From Eledone cirrhosa (Eukaryota), in contig OZ024744.1 in the NCBI GenBank assembly GCA_964016885.1, positions 13,702,001 to 13,766,000 of the forward strand: a stretch of 64,000 nt of DNA, read 5' to 3'. This document shows positions 54,300 to 64,000 of this stretch, in pieces. The notes beneath the pieces were generated by a model. The model saw only the letters and a program-made list of their open reading frames with translations, had not been told where the DNA came from and made no database searches. The stretch's first letter is position 1; every line of letters starts with the position of its first letter. Made by a program: the position numbers and the translations under genes.

Positions 54300-57200
54300 A
54301 TCACAACTCCCATACTATTGACATGTGGTTCGAATCTCTCAGTAGATCAGAGAGTCATTCCAGTTAAAGCCACTCTCTAAATTGAGAGATCACAACTCCC
54401 ATACTATGGACGTATGGTTAGAATGTCTCAGTAGATCAGAGAATCACTCCAGTTAAAGCTACTCTCTAAATTGAGAGATCACAACTCCCATACTATGGAC
54501 ATGTGATTAGAATGTCTCAGTAGATCAGAAAGTCACTCCAGTTAAAGCTACACTCTAAATTGAGAGATCACAGCTCCTATACTATGGAAATGGGGTTAGA
54601 ATGTCTCAGTAGATCAGAGTGTCACTCCAGTTAAAGCCACTCTCTAAATTGAGAGATAACAACTCCAATACTATGGACATGGGGTTTGAAAGTCTCAGTA
54701 GATTAGAGTGTCACTCCAGTTAAAGCTACTCTCTAAATTGAGAGATAACAACTCCAATACTATGGACATGGGGTTTGAATGTCTCAGTAGATCAGAGAGT
54801 CACTCAACATAAAGCCACGCTCTAAATTGAGAGATCACAACTCCAATACAATGGACATGTGGTTAGAATGTCTCAGTAGATCAGAGTGTCACTCCAGTTA
54901 AAGCTACTCTCTAAATTGAGAGATCACAACTCCCATACTATGGACATGTGGTTAGAATGTCTCAGTAGATTAGAGTGTCATTCCAGTTAAAGCTACTCTC
55001 TAAATTGAGAGATCACAACTCCCATACTATGGACATGTGGTTAGAATGTCTCAGTAGATCAGAGAGTCACTCCAGTTAAAGCCACTCTCTAAATTGAGAT
55101 ATCACAACTTCCATACTATGGACATGTGTTTAGAATGTCTCAGTAGATCAGAGAGTCACTCCAGTTAAAGCTACTCTCTAAATTGAGAGATCACAACTCC
55201 CATACTATAGACATGGGGTTTGAATGTCTCAGTAGATCAGAGAATCACTCCAGTTAAAGCTACTCTCTAAATTGAGAGATCACAACTCCAATATTATGGA
55301 CATGGTGTTTGATTGTCTCAGTAGATCAGAGTGTCACTCCAGTTAAAGCTACTCTCTAAATTGAGAGATCACAACTACAATACTATGGACATGGGGTTTG
55401 AATGTCTCAGTAGATCAGAGAGTCACTTCATTTAAAGCTACTCTCTAAATTGAGAGATCACAACTCCAATACTATGGACATTGGGTTTGAAAGTCTCAGT
55501 AGATCAGAGTGTCACTCCAGTTAAAGCTACTCTCTAAATTGAGAGATTACAACTCCAAGACTATGGACATGTGCTTAGAATGTCTCAGTAGATTAGAGAG
55601 TCACTCCAGTTAAAGCCACTCTCTAAATTGAGAGATCACAACTCCAATACTATGGACATGTGGTTAGAATGTCTCAGTACATCAGAGTGTCCCTCCAGTT
55701 AAAGCCACTCTCTAAATTGAGAGATCACAACTTCCATACTATGGACATGTGGTTAGAATGTCTCAGTAGATCAGAGAGTCACTCCAGTTAAAGCCACTCT
55801 CTAAAATGAGAGATCACAACTCCAATACTATGGTCATGTGGTTAGAATGTCTCAGTAGATCAGAGAGTCACTCCAGTTAAAGCCACTCTCTAAATTGAGA
55901 GATCACAACTCCCATACTATGGACATGTGGGTAGAATGTCTCAGTAGATCAGAGAGTCACTCCAGTTAAAGCCACTAATTCTCTAAATTGAGTGATCACA
56001 ACTTCCATACTATGGACATGTGGTTAGAATGTCTCAGTAGATCAGAGAGTCACTCCAGTTAAAGCCACTCTCTAAATTGAGAGATCACAACTCCAATACT
56101 ATGGACATGTGATTAGAATGTCTCAGTAGATCAGAGAGTCACTCCAGTTAAAGCTACTCTCTATATTGAGAGATCACAACTCCCATACTATGGACATGTG
56201 GTTAGAATGTCTCAGTAGATCAGAGAATCACTGCAGTTAAAGCCACTCTCTAAATTGAAAGATCACAACTCCCATACTATGGACATGTGGTTAGAATGTC
56301 TCAGTAGATCAGAAAGTCACTCCAGTTAAAGCTACCCTCTAAATTGAGAGATCACAACTCCAATACTATGGACATGGGGTTTGAATGTCTCAGTAGATCA
56401 GAGAGTCACTCAACATAAAGCCACTCTCTAAATTGAGAGATCACAACTCCAATACAATGGACATGTGGTTTAGAATGTCTCAGTAGATCAGAGTGTCACT
56501 CCAGTTAAAGCTACTCTCTAAATTGAGAGATCACAACTCCCATACTATGGACATGTGGGTAGAATGTCTCAGTAGATCAGAGAGTCACTCCAGTTAAAGC
56601 TACTCTCTAAATTGAGAGATCACAACTCCTATACTATGGACATGGGGTTAGAATGTCTCAGTAGATCAGAGTGTCACTCCAGTTAAAGCCACTCTCTAAA
56701 TTGAGAGATCACAACTCCCATACTATGGACATGTGTTTAGAATGTCTCAGTAGATCAGAGAGTCTCTCCAGTTAAAGCCACTCTCTAAATTGAGAGATCA
56801 CAACTCCAATACTATGGACATGTGGTTAGAATGTCTCAGTAGATCAGAGAGTCACTCTTGTTAAAGCTACTCTCTAAATTGAGAGATCACAACTCCTATA
56901 CTATGGACATGGGGTTAGAATGTCTCAGTAGATCAGAGTGTCACTCCAGTTAAAGCCACTCTCTAAATTGAGAGATCACAACTCCCAAACTATGGACATG
57001 TCGTTAGAATGTCTCAGTAGATCAGAGAGTCACTCCAGTTTAAGCCACTCTCTAAATAGAGAGATCACAACTCCAATACTATGGACATGGGGTTTGAGAG
57101 TCTCAGTAGATTAGAGTGTCACTCCAGTTAAAGCTACTCTCTAAATTGAGAGATCACAACTCCAATACTATGGACATGGGGTTTGAATGTCTCAGTAGAT

Positions 57201-60200
57201 CAGAGAGTCACTCCAGTTAAAGCCACTCTCTAAAATGAGAGATCACAACTCCAATATTATGGTCATGTGGTTAGAATGTCTCAGTAGATCAGAGAGTCAC
57301 TCCAGTTAAAGCCACTCTCTAAATTGAGAATCACAACTCCCATACTATGGACATGTGGGTAGAATGTCTCAGTAGATCAGAGAGTCACTCCAGTTAAAGC
57401 CACTAATTCTCTAAATTCAGAGATCACAACTCCAATACTATGGACATGTGGTTAGAATGTCTCAGTAGATCAGAGTGTCACTCCAGTTAAAGCTATTCTC
57501 TAAATTGAGAGATTACAACTCCAATACTATGGACATGGGGTTTGAACGTCTCAGTAGATCAGAGAGTCACTCCAGTTAGAGCTACTCTCTAAATTGAGAG
57601 ATCACAACTCCCATACTATGGACGTGTGGTTAGAATGTCTCAGTAGATCAGAGAATCACTCCAGTTAAAGCTACTCTCTAAATTGAGAGATCACAACTCC
57701 CATACTATGGACATGTGGTTAGAATGTCTCAGTAGATCAGAGTGTCACTCCAGTTAAAGCTACTCTCTAAATTGAGAGATCACAACTCCCATACTATGGA
57801 CGTGTGGTTAGAATGTCTCAGTAGATCAGAGAATCACTCCAGTTAAAGCTACTCTCTAAATTGAGAGATCACAACTCCCATACTATGGACATGTGGTTAG
57901 AATGTCTCAGTAGATCAGAGAGTCACTCCAGTTAAAGCTACTCTCTAAATTGAGAGATCACAACTCCCATACTATGGACATGTGGTTAGAATGTCTCAGT
58001 AGATCAGAGAGTCACTCCAGTTAAAGCCACTCTCTAAATTGAAAGATCACAACTCCCATACTATGGACATGTGGTTAGAATGTCTCAGTAGATCAGAAAA
58101 TCACTCCAGTTAATGCTACACTCTAAATTGAGAGATCACAGCTCCTATACTATGGACATGGGGTTAGAATGTCTCAGTAGATCAGAGAGTCACTCCAGTT
58201 AAAGCCACTCTCTAAATTGAGAGATCACAACTCCAATACTATGGACATGGGGTTTGAAAGCCTCAGTAGATTAGAGTGTCACTCCAGTTAAAGCTACTCT
58301 CTAAATTGAGAGATCACAACTCCAATACTATGGACATGGGGTTTGAATGTCTCAGTAGATCAGAGAGTCACTCAACATAAAGCCACTCTCTAAATTGAGA
58401 GATCACAACTCCAATACAATGGACATGTGGTTAGAATGTCTCAGTAGATCAGAGTGTCACTCCAGTTAAAGCTACTCTCTAAATTGAGAGATCACAACTC
58501 CCATACTATGGACATGTGGTTAGAATGTATCAGTAGATTAGAGTGTCATTCCAGTTAAAGCTACTCTCTAAATTGAGAGATCACAACTCCTATACTATGG
58601 ACATGGGGTTAGAATGTCTCAGCAGATCAGAGTGTCACTCCAGTTAAAGCCACTCTCTAAATTGAGAGATCACAACTCCCAAACTATGGACATGTCGTTA
58701 GAATGTCTCAGTAGATCAGAGAGTCACTCCAGTTAAAGCCACTCTCTAAATAGAGAGATCACAACTCCAATTCTATGGACATGTGGATAGAATGTCTCAG
58801 TAGATCAGAGAGTCATTCCAGTTAAAGCCACTCTCTAAATTGAGAGATCACAACTCCCGTACTATGGACGTGTGGTTAGAATGTCTCAGTAGATCAGAGA
58901 ATCACTCCAGTTAAAGCTACTCTCTAAATTGAGAGATCACATCTCCCATACTATGGACATGTGGTTAGAATGTCTCAGTAGATCAGAGAGTCACTCTTTT
59001 TAAAGCTACTCTCTAAATTGAGAGATCACAACTCCTATACTATGGACATGGGGTTAGAATGTCTCAGTAGATCAGAGTGTCACTCCAGTTAAAGCCACTC
59101 TCTAAATTGAGAGATCACAACTCCCAAACTCTGGACATGTCGTTAGAATATCTCAGTAGATCAGAGAGTCACTCCAGTTAAAGTCACTCTCTAAATTGAG
59201 AGATCACAACTCCCATACTATGGACATGTGGGTAGAATGTCTCAGTAGATCAGAGAGTCACTCCAGTTAAAGCCACTAATTCTCTAAATTCAGAGATCAC
59301 AACTCCAATACTATGGACATGTGGTTAGAATGTCTCAGTAGATCAGAGTGTCACTCCAGTTAAAGCTACTCTCTAAATTGAGAGATTACAACTCCAATAC
59401 TATGGACATGGGGTTTGAATGTCTCAGTAGATCAGAGAGTCACTCCAGTTAGAGCTACTCTCTAAATTGAGAGATCACAACTCCCATACTATGGACATGT
59501 GGTTAGAATGTCTCAGTAGATCAGAGAGTCATTCCAGTTAAAGCCACACTCTAAATTGAGAGATCACAACTCCCATACTATGGACGTGTGGTTAGAATGT
59601 CTCAGTAGATCAGAGAATCACTCCAGTTAAAGCTACTCTCTAAATTGAGAGATCACAACTCCCATACTATGGACATGTGGTTAGAATGTCTCAGTAGATC
59701 AGAGCGTCACTGCAGTTAAAGCCACTCTCTAAATTGAAAGATCACAACTCCCATACTATGGACATGTGGTTAGAATGTCTCAGTAGATCAGAGAGTCACT
59801 CAACATAAAGCCACTCTCTAATTTGAGAGATCACAACTCCAATACAATGGAGATGTGGTTAGAATGTCTCAGTAGATCAGAGTGTCACTCCAGTTAAAGC
59901 TACTCTCTAAATTGAGAGATCACAACTCCCATACTATGGACATGTGGGTAGAATGTCTCAGTAGATCAGAGAGTCACTCCAGTTAAAGCTACTCTCTAAA
60001 TTGAGAGATCACAACTCCTATACTATGGACATGGGGTTAGAATGTCTCAGTAGATCAGAGTGTCACTCCAGTTAAAGCCACTCTCTAAATTGAGAGATCA
60101 CAACTCCCATACTATGGACATGTGGTTAGAATGTCTCAGTAGATCAGAGAGTCACTCCAGTTAAAGCTACTCTCTAAATTGAGAGATCACAACTCCAATA

Positions 60201-63200
60201 CTATGGACATGTGGTTAGAATGTCTCAGTAGATCAGAGAGTCACTATTGTTAAAGCTACTCTCTAAATTGAGAGATCACAACTCCTATACTATGGACATG
60301 GGGTTAGAACGTCTCAGTAGATCAGAGTGTCACTCCAGTTAAAGCCACTCTCTAAATTGAGAGATCACAACTCCCAAACTATGGACATGTCGTTAGAATG
60401 TCTCAGTAGATCAGGGAGTCACTCCAGTTAAAGCCACTCTCTAAATAGAGAGATCACAACTCCAATACTATGGACATGGGGTTTGAAAGTCTCAGTAGAT
60501 TAGAGTGTCACTCCAGTTAACGCTACTCTCTAAATTGAGAGATCACAACTCCAATACTATGGACATGGGGTTTGAATGTCTCAGTAGATCAGAGAGTCAC
60601 TCCAGTTAAAGCCACTCTCTAAAATGAGAGATCACAACTCCAATACTATGGTCATGTGGTTAGAATGTCTCAGTAGATCAGAGAGTCACTCCAGTTAAAG
60701 CCACTCTCTAAATTGAGAGATCACAACTCCCATACTATGGACATGTGGGTAGAATGTCTCAGTAGATCAGAGAGTCACTCCAGTTAAAGCCACTAATTCT
60801 CTAAATTGAGAGATCACAACTCCTATACTATGGACATGGGGTTTGAATGTCTCAGTAGATCAGAGAGTCACTCCAGTTAAAGCTACTCTCTAAATTGAGA
60901 GATCACAACTCCCATACTATGGACATGTGGTTAGAATGTCTCAGTAGATCAGAGAGTCATTCCAGTTAAAGCCACACTCTAAATTGAGAGATCACAACTC
61001 CCATACTATGGACGTGTGGTTAGAATGTCTCAGTAGATCAGAGAATCACTCCAGTTAAAGCTACTCTCTAAATTGAGAGATCACAACTCCCATACTATGG
61101 ACATGTGATTAGAATGTCTCAGTAGATCAGAGAGTCACTCCAGTTAAAGCTACTCTCTAAATTGAGAGATCACAACTCCCATACTATGGACATGTGGTTA
61201 GAATGTCTCAGTAGATCAGAGAGTCACTCCAGTTAAAGCCACTCTCTAAATTGAGAAATCACAACTCCCATTCTATGGACATGTGGTTAGAATGTCTCAG
61301 TAGATCAGAGAGTCACTCCAGTTAAAGCCACTCTCTAAATTGAGAGATCACAACTCCAATACTATGGACATGGGGTTTGAAAGCCTCAGTAGATTAGAGT
61401 GTCACTCCAGTTAAAGCTACTCTCTAAATTGAGAGATCACAACTCCAATACTATGGACATGGGGTTTGAATGTCTCAGTAGATCAGAGAGTCACTCAACA
61501 TAAAGCCACTCTCTAAATTGAGAGATCACAACTCCAATACAATGGACATGTGGTTAGAATGTCTCAGTAGATCAGAGAATCACTCCAGTTAAAGCTACTC
61601 TCTAAATTGAGAGATCACAACTCCCATACTATGGACATGTGGTTAGAATGTCTCAGTAGATCAGAAAGTCACTCCAGTTAATGCTACACTCTAAATTGAG
61701 AGATCACAGCTCCTATACTATGGACATGGGGTTAGAATGTCTCAGTAGATCAGAGTGTCACTCCAGTTAAAGCCACTCTCTAAATTGAGAAATCACAACT
61801 CCCATTCTATGGACATGTGGTTAGAATGTCTCAGTAGATCAGAGAGTCACTCCAGTTAAAGCCACTCTCTAAATTGAGAGATCACAACTCCAATACTATG
61901 GACATGGGGTTTGAAAGCCTCAGTAGATCAGAGTGTCACTCCAGTTAAAGCTACTCTCTAAATTGAGAGATCACAACTCCAATACTATGGACATGGGGTT
62001 TGAATGTCTCAGTAGATCAGAGAGTCACTCAACATAAAGCCACTCTCTAAATTGAGAGATCACAACTCCAATACAATGGACATGTGGTTAGAATGTCTCA
62101 GTAGATCAGAGTGTCACTCCAGTTAAAGCTACTCTCTAAATTGAGAGATCACAACTCCCATACTATGGACATGTGGTTAGAATGTCTCAGTAGATTAGAG
62201 TGTCATTCCAGTTAAAGCTACTCTCTAAATTGAGAGATCACAACTCCTATACTATGGACATGGGGTTAGAATGTCTCAGTAGATCAGAGTGTCACTCCAG
62301 TTAAAGCCACTCTCTAAATTGAGAGATCACAACTCCCAAACTATGGACATGTCGTTAGAATGTCTCAGTAGATCAGAGAGTCACTCCAGTTAAAGCCACT
62401 CTCTAAATAGAGAGATCACAACTCCAATTCTATGGACATGTGGTTAGAATGTCTCAGTAGATCAGAGAGTCATTCCAGTTAAAGCCACTCTCTAAATTGA
62501 GAGATCACAACTCCCGTACTATGGACGTGTGGTTAGAATGTCTCAGTAGATCAGAGAATCACTCCAGTTAAAGCTACTCTCTAAATTGAGAGATCACATC
62601 TCCCATACTATGGACATGTGGTTAGAATGTCTCAGTAGATCAGAGAGTCACTCTTTTTAAAGCTACTCTCTAAATTGAGAGATCACAACTCCTATACTAT
62701 GGACATGGGGTTAGAATGTCTCAGTAGATCAGAGTGTCACTCCAGTTAAAGCCACTCTCTAAATTGAGAGATCACAACTCCCAAACTCTGGACATGTCGT
62801 TAGAATATCTCAGTAGATCAGAGAGTCACTCCAGTTAAAGTCACTCTCTAAATTGAGAGATCACAACTCCCATACTATGGACATGTGGGTAAAATGTCTC
62901 AGTAGATCAGAGAGTCACTCCAGTTAAAGCCACTAATTCTCTAAATTGAGAGATCACAACTCCAATACTATGGACATATGGTTAGAATGTCTCAGTAGAT
63001 CAGAGTGTCACTCCAGTTAAAGCTACTCTCTAAATTGAGAGATTACAACTCCAATACTATGGACATGGGGTTTGAATGTCTCAGTAGATCAGAGAGTCAC
63101 TCCAGTTAAAGCAACTCTCTAAATTGAGAGATCACAACTCCCATACTATGGACATGTGGTTAGAATGTCTCAGTAGATCAGAGAGTCATTCCAGTTAAAG

Positions 63201-64000
63201 CCACACTCTAAATTGAGAGATCACAACTCCCATACTATGGACGTGTGGTTAGAATGTCTCAGTAGATCAGAGAATCACTCCAGTTAAAGCTACTCTCTAA
63301 ATTGAGAGATCACAACTCCCATACTATGGACATGTGATTAGAATGTCTCAGTAGATCAGAGAGTCACTCCAGTTAAAGCTACTCTCTAAATTGAGAGATC
63401 ACAACTTCCATACTATGGACATGTGGTTAGAATGTCTCAGTAGATCAGAGAGTCACTCCAGTTAAAGCCACTCTCTAAATTGAAAGATCACAACTCCCAT
63501 ACTATGGACATGTGGTTAGAATGTCTCAGTAGATCAGAAAGTCACTCCAGTTAAAGCTACACTCTAAATTGAGAAATCACAACTCCCATTCTATGGACAT
63601 GTGGTTAGAATGTCTCAGTAGATCAGAGAGTCACTCCAGTTAAAGCCACTCTCTAAATTGAAAGATCACAACTCCAATACTATGGACATGGGGTTTGAAA
63701 GCCTCAGTAGATCAGAGAGTCACTCAACATAAAGCCACTCTCTAAATTTAGAGATCACAACTCCAATACAATGGACATGTGGTTAGAATGTCTCAGTAGA
63801 TCAGAGCGTCACTCCAGTTAAAGCTACTCTCTAAATTGAGAGATCACAACTCCCATACTATGGACATGTGGTTAGAATGTCTCAGTAGATTAGAGTGTCA
63901 TTCCAGTTAAAGCTACTCTCTAAATTGAGAGATCACAACTCCCATACTATGGACATGTGGGTAGAATGTCTCAGTAGATCAGAGAGTCACTCCAGTTAAA
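54300..64000. repeat. HOR domain D: more diverged monomers with about 3.4-3.7 kb (38-41 monomer) duplications
   Basis: Domain-specific variants include CAACATAAAG (54805, 56411, 58373, 59801, 61496, 62030, 63725), CCCAAAC/ATGTCGTT and TAAATAGAG. TCACTCTTTTT occurs at 58991 and 62648 (offset 3657 = 41x89+8), and the 56411/59801 offset is 3390 = 38x89+8. Confidence 0.8.

Larger units (their letters stand above)
1..64000. repeat. Tandem satellite DNA array, 89-bp monomer, about 717-719 head-to-tail copies, running off both window ends
   Basis: AATGTCTCAG starts at 1, 90, 179, 268 and so on (period 89) and continues to the last monomer start at 63965. Monomers typically differ from consensus by a few substitutions, with occasional small indels (+4, -1, +1, -2, +2). 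No non-repeat sequence was seen. Confidence 0.99.

Noticed and set aside
1-64000. CRISPR array or repeat-spacer system
   Set aside because: There are no unique spacers: every part of the 89-bp unit is repeated with only point variants. No cas or other genes are present.
1-64000. Telomeric repeat, suggested by GGTTAG / GGGGTTAG / GGGGTTTG words
   Set aside because: These words occur once per monomer and never in tandem, so there is no telomere tract.
1-64000. Strict 178-bp dimeric HOR from GCCA/GCTA alternation
   Set aside because: Alternation is seen locally but is frequently broken by runs of the same type, so the basic unit remains 89 bp.
1-64000. Transposon insertion, inversion or embedded unique sequence
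   Set aside because: Reading through the window, the monomer phase is maintained throughout and I saw no reverse-complement monomer or foreign segment. A very short one could have been missed by eye.

Overview
The whole 64 kb window is one uninterrupted head-to-tail tandem array (satellite DNA) of an 89-bp monomer, roughly 717-719 copies, all in the same orientation. Consensus read by eye: AATGTCTCAGTAGATCAGAGAGTCACTCCAGTTAAAGC(C/T)ACTCTCTAAATTGAGAGATCACAACTCCCATACTATGGACATGTGGTTAG (about 42% GC, no CpG). I see no credible protein-coding gene, RNA gene, transposon insertion, inversion or CRISPR array. The single ORF call is a by-product of a 2-bp deletion in one monomer. The real structure lies in the monomer variants, which define about four successive domains with different higher-order repeat (HOR) periods: about 33-36 monomers (1-21 kb), 23-29 monomers (21-34.5 kb), a 22-mer nested in an 85-87-mer super-repeat (34.6-54 kb), and a more diverged 38-41-mer zone (54-64 kb). 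The monomer is rich in short inverted repeats, its dimer is 178 bp (nucleosome-scale), and it has a weak resemblance to a long-variable-arm tRNA. The most likely identity is a eukaryotic centromeric or heterochromatic satellite, but I cannot name the family or organism, and the sequence alone does not demonstrate a new biological system. Domain boundaries are approximate and all offsets were counted by hand.
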